From positions 20,025,231-20,089,230 of the forward strand of contig NC_083435.1 in NCBI RefSeq assembly GCF_020745735.1: a stretch of 64,000 bases of DNA, written 5' to 3'. The position numbers and the translations under genes were made by a program. This stretch comes from Hemiscyllium ocellatum. Lineage: Eukaryota. The notes beneath the pieces are model-generated. The model made no database searches and was not told the origin of the DNA. It was given only the letters and a program-made list of their open reading frames with translations. Within the stretch, counting starts at the first letter, position 1, and every line of letters starts with the position of its first letter. This document shows, in pieces, positions 12,004-25,012 of this stretch.

Positions 12004-13185
12004 TGGATCAGTGGTGCTGGAAGAGTACAGCAGTTCAGGCAGCATCCAAAGTGCAGCGAAATCGACGTTTTGGGCAAAAGCCCTTCATCAGGAATAAAGG
12101 CAGTGAGCCTAAAGTGTGGAGAGATAAGCTAGAAAAGGGTGCGGGTGGGGAGAAAGGAGCATAGAGTACAATTCGTGAGTGGGGGAGGGGATGAAGGTGA
12201 TAGGTCAGGGAGGGGAGGGTGGAGTGGATAGGTGGAAAAGGAGCTAGGCAGGTCAGACAAGTCCGGACAAGTCGTGGGGACAGTGCTGAGTTGGAAGTTT
12301 GGAACTAGGGTGAGGTGGGGGAAGGGGAAATGAGGAAACTGTTGAAGTCCACATTGATGCCCTGGAGTTGAAGTGTTCCAAGGAGGAAGATGAGGCGTCC
12401 TTCCTTCAGGCGTCTGGTGGTGAGGGAATGGCGGTGAAGGAGGCCCAGGACCTCCATGTCCTCGGCAGAGTGGGAGGGGGAGTTGAAACGTTGGGCCAAT
12501 GGGCAGTGTGGTTGATTGATGTGGGTGACCTGGAGATGTTCCCTAAAGTGCTCTGCTAGGAGGAGCCCAGTCTCCCCAGTGTAGAGGAGACTGCATTGGG
12601 AGCAACGGATACAATAAATGATATTAGTGGATGTGCAGGTAAAACTTTGATGGATATGGAAGGGTCCTTTAGGGCCTTGGATAGAGGTGAGGGAGGAGGT
12701 GTGGGCACAGGTTTTACAGTTCCTGCGGTGGCAGGGGAAAGTGCCAGGATGGGAGGTTGGGTCGTAGGGGGGCATGGACATGACCAGGTAGTCACGGAGG
12801 GAACGGTCTTTGCGGAAGGCGGAAAGGGGTGGGAGGGAAATATATCCCTGGTGGTGGGGTCTTTTTGCAGGTGGTGGAAATGTTGGTGGATGATTTAGTT
12901 TATGCGAAGGTTTGTAGGGTGGAAGGTGAGCACCAGGGGATTCTGTCCTTGTTACGGTTGGAGGGGTGGGGTCTGAGGACGGAGGTGCGGGATGTGGATG
13001 AGATGCATTGGAGGGCATCTTTAACCACGTGGGAAGGGAACTTGCGGTCTCTAAAGAAGGAGGCCATCTGGTATGTTCTATGGTGGAACTGGTCCTGGGA
13101 GCAGATACAGCGGATGCGGAGGAATTGGGAATACAGGATGGCATTTTTGCAAGAAGTAGGGTGGGAAGAGGTGTATGGTTAACCA
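12004..13185 (-). mobile_element. Penelope-like element, 3' part (GIY-YIG endonuclease plus pLTR), relatively young
   Basis: ORF 12305-13192(-): FPCHRRNCKTC...NIIYCIRCSQCSLLYTGETG...FREHL...FNSPSHS...RLIFLLGTLQLQGINVDF; pLTR at 12004-12095. Confidence 0.9.
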
Positions 13186-15000
13186 CTTCCAAAACATATG
13201 GATCAACTGAATTTGTCTATTTCTAGCATAGCCAGATTTTCTATAGCATCATTCTTATCTATTTTTGCAACATTAGTTCCATCCATTATCACTGAAGCTA
13301 TAGAATGTTTACCAGTTTTCTTCCTTGGTATCAATAGTTTGGAGAACACATTAAATATACAAGATTGAAACTGGGAGAATTTAGGCACTTAAATTGAACT
13401 ATGAATCAATTATAAATATGTGTAGGAGTTTATTAAATGTTTTCAATTAAAAGATTTTGGTTAATATATTGTTGACCAAGTGGAAAAACATCTTTTTGAG
13501 ATCAAACATCTTGCAATGAGATATATTGTGAGGGAAACACACACACAGTATATTGCTATGATGCTGTTTCTAATAAAATCCACTCATCTTTCATCTTCCC
13601 CACTTTATGCTTGCATGGTTTTGAGCTTTTATGTGGAATTTCCCCATTTATTTTTATATCCTCTCCATTCTTGACTATTTTTCAGCATAATTTCATCTCT
13701 CAACTTTCTGTACTTTGAACAGTCCTCATTTGAGGAATCCATCTGACTTGTATCACACACCTAAATGTAATATTCAAATATATTTTGTGTCTGTGCTACC
13801 AAATAGTTTTGACTTTATCTCTCTTATCTTTCACCATTATTGACATAAGTCCTACCTGAAATATGTCCACAAAGAGCATCCATTGTCCTGTCTTCATTTT
13901 ACTTGTTACTCTTTCTTTCACTTTATACTGATCAGACCTCCACTCATCCTTTTGAAGTCAGCCCTTTTCCAACTTAGTTTTCATTTATTCAGGGTGTTTC
14001 CTGTTATTTTCCATTATAATTTAATAGCTTCCTTTACACAAATGTTCCCTGTAATGAATGTATCCATGTGTCAAAGCTTGCAGACCCTTTGAGAAAGACA
14101 TTAAGGGATAGTTTTTACTTGTTAGAGCTGGAAAGGTTACCGTTGGTCACATTGAAATGAGTCGTGTTTCCCTCATAGGCCATCTCATTGCCAAATCTCT
14201 GATCTTGAAAAGATTCTTTCCTAGTTGAGTAACAACATACTGATCAAAGACGTCTGCTTGAACACATTTAAAAAACTTCTCAACATCCTTACCATTGACT
14301 TTCATTTCAATTGTGGAACTAAATTCTCTCAATTTGACTATGGTATATTTCTTGCACTGATCTGAGATTTCCCTCTTGGTCGGTTTGCCTAGCTCTCTCA
14401 CCAATTGGAACCCTGTTCTTTTACAGCTCTTTGTACCTTTAGCTCACTAACCCTTGCACTTCATTTTGTGTGGTGCTAATATGCATTGTCAACCTGGCTC
14501 TGTTGTTCATGTCACTCTTCTAGCTGCATTTCTAACATGGTATGACTTCCTTTTCCCCCAATGTCCCATATCCTCATGACTGCAAGATCCTCTTTCTTTT
14601 ATATATTTTGGCAATAATGTGCATTCCAGTTCAGGTGAACTTGCCTCAGTGAATTTAGGATTCACCACAGGATTATGGCTCTCGAAGTCTTACTTATTAG
14701 CTTCCTAAAGTGAGATAAAGCGATAGTAAAGCGACCCTTGAAAATACTCCAATATATTGAGTAAAAGTACAAACGGGCTCTGGTTCAAGTTCTACTTGCT
14801 CAAAATGTGTGTGATAATTTCTCTGAACACATTGCTTGGAAAATATTTAGAAATTGGTTGTGCTAATTAAAAAGACAGAATTGCGAAGACTATTGTTGTA
14901 TACAATTCAAAATGTGAGTACAGTACAGGTTTCTTAATATGGTATTGCAGGCTGGCAATCGAAAAACTAATACTCTTTCATCATTTCTCTTTCTTTGTAG

Positions 15001-15033
15001 TGGTTAAAAAAAACCTAGAAGAGAAAGCCACAG
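15001..15033 (+). CDS. Candidate micro-exon, 33 nt, lacking a canonical donor (VVKKNLEEKAT)
   Basis: Strong acceptor tcatttctctttctttgtag; open in phase 1; ends CAG|gatttt (a GT would require one missing T). Confidence 0.3.
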
Positions 15034-15329
15034 GATTTTCACTGAATGATGTCAATTTTTATGTTGCAGGAAGATGTTTGAATGTTTTAATAACATTGGA
15101 TTTATATTCTGACACTCACTGTATGCATGTTGCACTGTATGATCAATACAGTGACTTTTTTTTAGTTAATTTTGCTTGTTGCGACTGAATTGTTGGTGTA
15201 ATCTGTAGGAAAGTGATAGGGAACTTCGCACATTACAATGGGCATGCAGCAAAGCAAGTCCCTTTGCTGATGGCGTAAAACATTTTTAAGGCAGAGGAAG
15301 ATTGATTCTTAAGAAAAGAAATGTGAATT

Positions 15330-15510
15330 TTAGAAATCTGAAAGAAGTAAAAGCAGAAAATGCTGGATGAAGTCAGCATCTGTGGACAGAAAACAGAGTT
15401 AATGCTTCCGCACAAGAATCATTGGATCTGAAACATTAACTCTGCTTTCTTTCCACAGATGTTGCAAAACCTGTTGGTTTTATTCAGTGATTTCTAGCTC
15501 TGTTTCTATT
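15330..15510. mobile_element. Short inverted-arm element derived from Penelope-type terminal repeats
   Basis: aaagcagaaaatgctgga...gcatctgtggacagaaaacagagttaatg / cattaactctgctttctttccacagatgttgc; related copies at 32720-32910 and 54130-54365. Confidence 0.6.
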
Positions 15511-16117
15511 TTATTTTGGTGTAAGCAATTTGATGCCTGTCTTCAATTGGTTAATGCTGCAATAAGCTCAAAGATGAGCATCATCTCTTCATCGTTGATC
15601 AATAAATCTAAGTCACTGACCATTGGCTTGAACTGCTATACAAACTTAAAATAAATCCTTTTAAGGCATTTACCATGAATATACACTACTAGATTAAAAT
15701 TGTGATTTACAAATGATAATTGATAAATATTATTTATAAATATAACCCATTGCATCAGTTTTCCTGAAATATTTGGATCCTTTACGGTAGATACATTCAC
15801 AGCTCTGAGCTGTAGTATTGATCATTTTAAATACAATTAAGAGAGGAAGATTGATTAAATGCTGTATGCCATTCATCTTGATTGGCAAAAAACTCAGCTA
15901 AAATACAATTCAGATTGCACACAGAGATGCAGTACAAAATACACTTACATCAGATGGTACAGTTTTAGTGTACTTTTAAATGTGTAAACTGATGGGAAAC
16001 TGGTTGGTGGAGAGGTAACAAAATAATATGTGAAGAAATAAAGTGATGAATGTTCAATAACTGTGAAAATAACATTTCAAAGTGAACAATCATAAATTAC
16101 CTTGTTTTCTTCTCAAG

Positions 16118-16153
16118 ATGATGAGATTCTACCCAAATATCAAAGAGATATAG
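16118..16153 (+). CDS. Candidate micro-exon, 36 nt, phase 1-1 (DDEILPKYQRDI)
   Basis: cttgttttcttctcaag|ATGATGAG...GAGATATAG|gtgagg; resembles the 55139 exon (EI...QRDI). Confidence 0.65.
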   Translation: MMRFYPNIKEI

Positions 16154-17929
16154 GTGAGGAATTCATTTCATACTTTTAAAGATTGTGGCAGAAAATCCAT
16201 GATCTATTGTTAAAATTGTTGTTGGTACATATTTTCCAGTTAGCTCCTTATTCAATAATCTCTGTAATATCAATGCACATAATTTAATTTGTGAAGAAAG
16301 GGCATTTTTAACTATATTCAATTAATATTTATTTCAGATGAAGAGTAGCATTGGGTTGGGAATTCCTTATGAATGTGTTGTCCTTACTATCTAATTTTCC
16401 TATATCTCTTACTTCTTGGCATCGAGCATTATCTCCTTACCTGCAATATGAGCATTAATCTCCTTACCAACAATAGTCATTAAAATACAGCCATGTGTGA
16501 CACTCCTTAATTTGTGTTGTCACATAGAATGTTGAAGGTGCTGGGTAGCCTGAATATATGTCACACACTTTCAGATAGCAGATGCATTAAGCTCTGTGTA
16601 TGAATGTTGCATACTTAAACTACTGGCCTGCAAGAGGCAAAAAAGAGGCCATCATGATCCTGTCCTATGGGTAGAATATGGCTGAGCGAAGCTAGCTATG
16701 GAGTTTTTAGGGTTGATTACATACTCTTTTGAATCTCATAATGATGTGTCAATCATTGTTAAGGATTACTACTTGCCACAAATACAATGCTAGTGAATCA
16801 GAACTCCTTGCTGTGGAAAGGGACTTGGAGGTAATATTGATGACAGTATAGACATAAATTGTACTTCAGTGCACAAATTTCAATGGCATGCTCTTTCTAC
16901 AAGTGTCACTCCGTAGCATGAGTACTGATCCAGAATCAATGGATAGAGCTGTGAAACTGGCCCCATCAGTAATGAGAGAGTTAATGTGAGGGAATATCTG
17001 TTTGATAATCATTCTCACAAATCTACTCTTCACAGCATTCACCAATAGTACAACTTTGTGGAGATGATGGCAATTTTCACTTTGAGAAGGCACTTTATTG
17101 GCCTTTTTGACATTACTCACCATGATAAAAAAATATAATGGATTCATAATGCTTCTGCCAGATCAAGAAATGTCCATGACGTCCATGAGTTGCTGGGGAC
17201 CACCAGCAGCAATATGGAGTAGAATAATGCATTATTAAAAACTGAAAATTTGCAGTTCAATATATCCTTCATTCTAATGTTTACTTGAGTCTTGTTGAGA
17301 AAATGTTAGTAAATGAAGAGCTTTTTTTTACTTATTTGTGGGATTGTGTGTTGCTGGCTAGGCCAGCATTTCCCTAACAACCCAGAGGACAGTTAAGAAG
17401 CAATCTGTGGATCTTGTGTCACATGTAGGCCACACAAGTGAAAGACACTCGAAAGGATATCAGTGAATCAGATAGACTTTTATTACATTTTGCATAGTTA
17501 CCTGGTTGACATTGGGCTAGTTTTTTTTATTCCAAATGTTGACTGAATTCAAAATTCTCCATCAGCTTTGGTGGAAAATGACGATGTAATCTGCTGAAGC
17601 TAAAGTGCAGGTAATCAATCACCCTAGGCAGGAAAAGCAACGTGATCCAGACAAAGAAACACTATTTCTCTCAAAAGTATAGTGCAGTGTGTATACTTAG
17701 TCTCAGTCTCTGCCTGACATCTTCACTTTCATTGTTTGCCTGACACTTTCACCTTCATTGTTTCTCATCAACAAACAGTTTGATGCACTCAGCATGATAT
17801 AAAAATCTGTTGCACAATAATATTTAAAAAGCTATAGACCTGTTAACAATTCCAGTGTTGAACATTCACAATAATTGCATCTTTAGTTATTATGGTTACA
17901 ACAGAAGATCTAAAACAAGACCGGATGAA

Positions 17930-18335
17930 TACCTACTATGGTTGATTATGTCCTCAAGTAAAAAAGAAAGCAAAAATTCAATTGGAACAAATGCCATCCT
18001 ACTAGTCACATTGCAACCATCAGCAAGAAGATACAAAAGAACACAGCCTTTTACCAGCAACCTTTCCGACAAGTACTCATTTGTGTTCTGCAAAGCCAAT
18101 CTGCTCCAGAGTTCATGACAGCTTTGGTCAGAATGTCAACCAAAGAGTTGAATTCCATAACGGAGTGACTGCTTTTGATAATAAAGTGGTAACTGACCCA
18201 GTAAACTTTCAAAGAGCATGGATAAATTGAGGTCAGCACAAATTAGAGAAACAGCATATCCACTTCCTTGAGTCAAAACAAGCAAAAAGAAAGATGGCTG
18301 TAGTTCAGTTCCAGGTGAATGCATGATCTAGTGGC
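17930..18335 (+). mobile_element. Second LINE family, RT remnant
   Basis: SAPEFMTALVRMSTKELNS...TAFD resembles the LINE RT segment SAPDLITALVQ..TKELNS...ALDI. Confidence 0.55.
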
Positions 18336-18739
18336 CGAGGTAATATGAGCATTTATTAACATTTATATTGATATATCTTTAGTGCAACTATTGAAGTGTG
18401 TTACTCCAAAATTTTTAATTTCAGTTTAATTAACAGATTATCAAAATTAAGTTTGTGTTGAAATATTACAAAACCTACATTGGTTTATCAAAATTAACTC
18501 AACAAAACTTAAGGTGATATAGGACTTTTAATTTCAACTTTCTCTTTATTTGTAATAAAATAAATGGCAAGACTGAAAACTATGAATAGAATTGTACAAA
18601 TAATATTATTTTAAATGTTATTACAGTGTTGCAGAATATATTACTAAAATATTGTATAAGTGTATTGTATGCAGTATTTAAAATACTGATTTTTATTTTA
18701 CCCTTTTTTTCCCTTTTTGCTATGGCTTAAACTTTTCAG

Positions 18740-18745
18740 TCATTG
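18740..18745 (+). CDS. Candidate 6-nt micro-exon, phase 1-1 (VI)
   Basis: ttttttccctttttgctatggcttaaacttttcag|TCATTG|gtaagc; long pyrimidine tract and strong donor. Confidence 0.45.
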
Positions 18746-20559
18746 GTAAGCACTCTACAGCAGATGAACAGAATTTGCTAACTGTAACAAATTACGTGAA
18801 ATGTAATATCACATCCATGCTTTGCAGGCGCATGCAAAATACAAATAAAATATCAAAATATAAGGTGATAGATTATCAGAATCGTAATCCAATAGTAGTT
18901 TAAATGGAGTGGCATATTGGAGAATTGATGGCAAGGTATCCCAGAATTCAAGGCCCAATCAGCTGAAATAAATTTTGCAAAAGTGGAAAGATTAAAAACT
19001 AGTGGGGTCAGGAGTTCAGAACATGATGTACAAAGGCATCTCACAAAGTTGAGCAACTGAAGAAAATGACAGAGGTGAAGACGGCCTAAGTCAAATTGGG
19101 GTGGGAACGAAGGATACAAGGGAGATTTGAGGTTGTGGTGGTGCAGGTGGGCAGGGGGAGTGTGTTTTAAGACAGGATTGCAAGATGAGTAGAGACAAGG
19201 GCAAAGTCAGATAAAATGGAGGTTGAATTAAGTGTCCTAAAATGCTGTGCAAATGTGATCAGAAGCACATCTAGTGATAAAAAGAGATACCAGTTTTGAA
19301 GTCTGATTCAGACTTGAATAGTTGCCAATGTGTGCCTGGGACTGATGTCAAAAATGTAGGAATTTACCAGGAATTTTAAAAACAGTTTTTGTTATCTCAA
19401 TATTTATGTGAAAGCAAATTCTGTTCCGCACTGGATTGCACGGAACCAGGACAATAACCCAAGAGCAATAGAGAAGTATAAGAACCTGTGGGGAAGTCAG
19501 AACTGATGGTAGTCAGTATGCATATAAAAACCGAGCTTTCCTTTTAGATGATATTGACATAATGATAAATCATTTCTAAATGTGGAGCAGAAAGGAAACA
19601 AGGTCCGATGCGCTCCATACAAAGTTAAGGACACAAGAGCATGCAGAGAAGCTAATCCAACTGTTGTTATGGTAACCAGAAGATAAAACAAAACCGAACC
19701 AGGTGAGCACACTTCTTCCCTGCTGAATAATGCTGGAGAGTTGTTAGGTGAGAGCAATGGAGGCAACTGAATTGGCAGGCAAGGAGAGTTTACCACAGAC
19801 ATGCAGCATACAATTTGACACATTTACAGAAGCCATTTCTACACTGTAACAGGTGTGGTGTTCTGGTCTGAGAGATTCAAGTACATGTCATTGTGAATAA
19901 CCAGAGAAAATTCAGGAGGTAAAAATATAGCTAAGTACTTTGAAGAAAGACAAGAGTTTGGAGATGGCACTGGAGTGTATAATGATGGGGTTGTGCTTCT
20001 TAGGTGGGGCTAATGAATAGTCATGACAGAACATTGAAAGGACCGAAAGTGGAGAATGAAAACATTAAGTATATGAGATAACACATGGATGAACAAGGAT
20101 AATAGTTGACTTGCAACTGACTGGAGGAGAAGGAAGTAGGTCTCATAGATAAGATGAAAGAAAGGAAAAGTGGAGAGATATGATACAATGTGCAATAAGA
20201 TGGGGGAAAAGACTTGCAGAAAATTCTGAGAAAGTGTGGTTTACAGTGCAAGTCAAATAGAGAAAAACGGCACAAGCAGGTGATTGAATAGTCTCCACTT
20301 TCATGAAAAAGTTACTCCTGAATTCTTACACATTACAGGGAGTGAATGCCAAGAGGACAGTGTTATAAAGATAATTTGTATATACAAGACAGGCAGGATG
20401 CACCTTACAGTTCAGAGCTGATAAGGAAGTAAAGTCATGTTTTGCTGATGGGGGAAGTTGTCCTCAATTTTGTAATTCCCAAATATGCATTTTTTCTTTT
20501 CAATCTCTTCATTGCATCTCTGGATTTCAGAGACAATAATTACATTTATAATGATCAGG

Positions 20560-22230
20560 GTGAGACAAGGAACCTTTGACCCACCATGTCTGTGCTGACT
20601 ACTATAGTATTTCAAACTAATACCTTCAGTCTGGTCTATATCTCTCTATTCCATGCCATGTTAGATGTGTGTCTAAATGCATAATACACCTTGCTTTTGT
20701 ATCTGCTTCAACCACCACATTGACAACACCCTCTGTGTAATGTAACTTGTGTCACATATAGCCTTTAAACATTCCCTGTCCTGCCTGAAACCTATGACTT
20801 CTATTTTTTTTGCCTATCCTGCCAGGAAAACTACACCAACACTCAATCCTATCCAAGCCTATCATAATTTTGTAAACTTCTATCAGGTTGCCACTCAGTA
20901 TCTGATGCTCTAGCAAAACAATCTAAGTTTGTCTAACCTCTCCTAACACTGCTACCCAGGGAGCATCCTCTTTTGCACCTTATACAAAGCCTCCACATCC
21001 TTCTTATAATGTGGCAACTGGAACTGCACTCCTTACACCAAATGTGGCCTTACTAAAGTTTTATAATACTGCACCATGTCTTGCCAACTGTTATATTCGA
21101 TGCTTGATTGATGAAGGCAAGCATCCCACCTGCCTTATGTATCATCTTATCTACTCTGTTGCCAGGGAGCTATGGGCTTGCATTCAAGATCCCTATATTC
21201 ATCAATACATCTAAAAGTCCTATCATTTGCTATATTCTTGCCTCTTGCACTTTGTCTCGCAAAATACATTAACTCACACTTGGCCAGATTAAACACCATC
21301 TGCTATTTCCCTGCCAAACTTTTCAACTGATCTATATCCTACTGTAACGTTTGACAACTTTCCTCACCATCCACAACTCCATCAGTTTGTATTGTCCACA
21401 AACTTACTTATCTAACCATCTACATTCTCATCCAAATCATTCATATATGTTACAAATCAGAGAGAAAAATATCCCTCTACAATTGCACTCTGTCTGCTAT
21501 GACCATGTCAATTTTGTATCCAACTTACTAACTCACAATGTGATTTAACCTTCCAGGTGAGCCTAACATGTGGGATCCTGTTAAATACTTTAGCGAAATT
21601 CATGGAGACAACATTCATTTCTCTCCACTCATTAATCATCTCTTACATTTCAAAACAAACCTCAAATTTGTGAAACAAGTCATCCCCTGTACAAAGCCAT
21701 CTTGATTATCCTTAATTCTTGATTATCCCTATTCTCTTCCAAATGTGAGTAAATCCTGTCCCGAAGAATCTTCTCTAGTAATTCCCCTATCACTGATGGA
21801 AGGTTTATTGGTCTATAATTTTCTGGATTATCTCTGTTTCTCTTCTTAAATAAAGGAATAATATTGGCAATTTTCCATTTTTCTGGGACCTTGCGTGTGG
21901 CTAAAGAAGATACAAAGATCTCTGTTAATGCTTCAGCAATCTCCTTCTTTGCCTTTATCAGTATCCTGAAATAGATCTCAACAGGCCAGGAGGACTTAGC
22001 TGCCTTAATGTTTTTCAAGATACCTTACAGCTCCTTCTTCATAACACCAACATGATCTTAAATGTCAACACATCTCTCCCTAATCTTACCATTACTAACA
22101 TCTTTCTCCTTGCTTAATACTGCTATTAAGTACTTCTTAAGGATCTCACCCACTCACTTTGGCTCCATGCATAAATTCCCTCCTTTGTCCTTGGGAAATC
22201 TATCCTTTCCCAACTATCCTCTTGTTCTAA
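20560..22230 (-). mobile_element. CR1 LINE, 5'-truncated and decayed
   Basis: ORF 21680-22018(-) IAEALTEIFVSSLATRKVPEKWKIANIIPLFKK...NYRPINL; CR1 3' end near 20560. Confidence 0.85.
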
Positions 22231-23066
22231 TGAGAAAGAAAAAGTGGGTGAACAAGATGTCTAAGCACTGAACCATCAAATAAGGCAAAAAAAAAGGCGT
22301 AGCTGTGGACTTTTTTCTTGTTAATCCTGGAGAAAATGATAATCAGTTGGTATTTTAAAAGCTTCACTCTTATGAATGAGGAAAGTATTTTGCAGAAGTA
22401 GTGACAGAAGATGACTGTAAAGTGCATATTTGTGGTGAATGATGCAAAACATAAACATGTGTGAATTTAATTGTTCTTGATCAATGGGAATAGCAATGCC
22501 AAGTGAGATAGCAAGGTCAAGCAAGTGGCTGAGTCGTTTCCAATGAGGCTTACTTGAGGAAAGCTAAGGTTGGTTGTCGACATCAGTGCCCATTGTGATT
22601 TTGAATACATGGTGACAAATTGCAACTAGGTGAACTGTTCAAAATGAAAAACGTGCCAGAGGGAAAGGTTGACAGGCCAAGTTCTACAGTCCATAATGAA
22701 AGCATGGATGGTATGAAATATGGTAGACACTGAGTCTATTGAAGTGATGTCTTCAGTCAAGCTTTAGGTAGGGCTCTGTTGATGATGGAATCATCCATGG
22801 CTGTGGCTGACTGACATTTTTTATACTGGTGAATGTTTATTTTGTTGGAAGATGTTTTGCCAGATACTTATAAGCCACAGTTGTTAGAGTTCCATAGCTT
22901 AAGAAGGATGGATATGTGCTGGTATGGAAGAAAATTGGAAGATTCAGGGACATTCCACCACTCTCGTCCCCATAAGTGAGCGTGGTGGAAAGGGATAAAA
23001 AGACAAAAAAAAGTTAACAAATTGTTGCTTTATTAATAAGTACCTTCTATGTTGTGATCTTTGCAG

Positions 23067-23093
23067 AAGCACAGTCGACTGAGAATTATACAG
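23067..23093 (+). CDS. Candidate micro-exon, 27 nt, phase 1-1 (EAQSTENYT)
   Basis: gttgtgatctttgcag|AAGCACAGTCGACTGAGAATTATACAG|gtttga. Confidence 0.55.
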
Positions 23094-23358
23094 GTTTGAC
23101 TTTAGGATTTTATTAATTTAATTTAACTAAAGAAATATTAGTAACCATGACCATATGAACACCAGCAAAATCTTCACAAAAAGTTCATGTGTATAATTCA
23201 AATTTTCTTCCACTGTTCATAAACGAGTGATGTTGCTGTACAATAATTCAGAAAATTCCTAGTTTATTGATCATACGATAAGATGCCTTACTCTTCAAAA
23301 TTGTGTGTTGCATTCAAATATCTGTAACATTAGAGTCTGTTTTCATTTTACCATTTAG

Positions 23359-23385
23359 AATGCAAAAAACTTCTTTTAGCCAGCA
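23359..23385 (+). CDS. Candidate micro-exon, 27 nt, phase 1-1 (ECKKLLLAS)
   Basis: tttcattttaccatttag|AATGCAAAAAACTTCTTTTAGCCAGCA|gtaagt. Confidence 0.65.
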
Positions 23386-24053
23386 GTAAGTAATGCTCAC
23401 AACTACTGCTCAACTTAATGTGTAATATAGAAAAATAATGACTTTGGGTACAACTTATTTGACATTAGTTTTGAAAGGAGACAAACACGTGTTTGTTTAC
23501 AGGAGTTGTTTTTACATTGTCTGTTGTTTTAGATTGATTATGAACTTTTAGAATGAGGAGGCAATTCCTTCAGTAAAACATATATTGACTCCATATATAT
23601 ATTTATGTAAACTCCTGTGTTTTTCAAACGTATGCTCCTCTATTCCCTGCAGTTTCGTCTCAATTTTCATTTAAATCCATCAGCGAAAATGCATTGGGAT
23701 GAGCGTTTAAATCAACCACTGAGGATTACAAAGAAATGCAATACGAGAGAAACAAAAAACAACCCAGAATAACAGCACAGAAGTGGGCGATGCGCGTTGA
23801 CTCGTTATTCCCTCCACGTGATTAGACTCCACGTGAGACTCTTCACATCCTTACTCATAGAACACAGAATTCTTTTTGGATATCTGCATATTGAACTATG
23901 TCTATCTGAGCAGTATATCTGGTGTCCACCACTGCACTTACTAGAGTTGTTCTGTCAATTAAGGCCTACGAGCTTTTAATTCAAATAATAGACCACAAAA
24001 AAGGACAATGTATACTTCTTCCTGGTATGAATTTATATGAAATTCTTTTTCAG

Positions 24054-24080
24054 TGAGGCAACTTCTCCTTAAAGATCAAG
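24054..24080 (+). CDS. Candidate micro-exon, 27 nt, phase 1-1 (MRQLLLKDQ)
   Basis: aattctttttcag|TGAGGCAACTTCTCCTTAAAGATCAAG|gtgaat; LKDQ shared with the 53963 exon. Confidence 0.7.
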
Positions 24081-25012
24081 GTGAATAAGCATATTGTGCA
24101 GGATAATCTTGCAAGAATGTTACTTCTGATGTAGATTTTATTCAGAATTATTTCCATGCATTTCCAAGCATTTTTGGGTCCTTTTTGGCAATATCATAAT
24201 TCTAGTTTGCCATATATACTCGCTTTTCCTGATTAAATACAAATTACGTTAATATATATGCGATTGTTCGACTGAAAGCAATTAGAAAAAGTTGTTCATT
24301 TTGAAATCCATTAGAGAGAGGTGATTCAGGAATGTCTCAATTCAAGCAAACATTGGAAAGAGGGGCAAAAGTATAATGAGGCAATTCCAAAGTTCAGGAC
24401 TTTGATAACTGAAGGTCAGAACACTCATGGGAAAGCAATTAAAATCCGAGTCGGTCAGGCAACCACAATTGGATAAATACTGACATCTTGAGGGAGACAG
24501 AGGCGGGTTCAAAAGCTGGAACTGCAATTCACGACCTTTTCAAGGACAGTTAGCAATGACCTGCGTACACAGACGACCAGATCGAGCATTTCGAACATCT
24601 TCCTTCAATATATCGTAATTACCTATTATGAATATATTTCAGCCGTCATTAAAAAACAGATAGTCAGGTTATAAGATTGCCATAAAAATCAAATTGTTTC
24701 ACATATTGTATTTTAAGTGAACACACCCACCATCACAAACTTTGATGCCCAGATGCAGTACTCACATTTGATTGTGGTTGATCTTTAATTGAGGTCAATA
24801 ATTAATGACTTGGCATTATTACATGCAGCAGAAAAAATTAAAACAATTAGCTTGTGATTCAATACATTACATTAAAGTTATTTCCTTTTCTTTATAGTTT
24901 TTCAAATTTTTTTTGGGTTGACATGAAGAACACAATTTTGTACTAATATAGTTTTTTTCTAGTTTTATATATTATCCAAATCTGAATGTTTCCTATTGAT
25001 CTGTGCTCCCAG

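Larger units (their letters stand above)
9420..14400 (-). mobile_element. Old CR1 LINE (RT to endonuclease) broken by nested insertions
   Basis: Minus-strand ORF fragments in CR1 order: SKFVDNTKLCG (9449), GDYRLSS..LIEKMLE (9829), ALEKQTLKFDK (10064), AIENLAMLEIDKFS (13203), FFKCVQADVFDQYV (14147). Confidence 0.6.

Noticed and set aside
20531-20559. 29-nt exon-like segment (DNNYIYNDQ) with a good pyrimidine tract and GG|gtgaga
   Set aside because: Frame-preserving only if the second AG of CAGAG is used; left uncalled, but worth checking in RNA data
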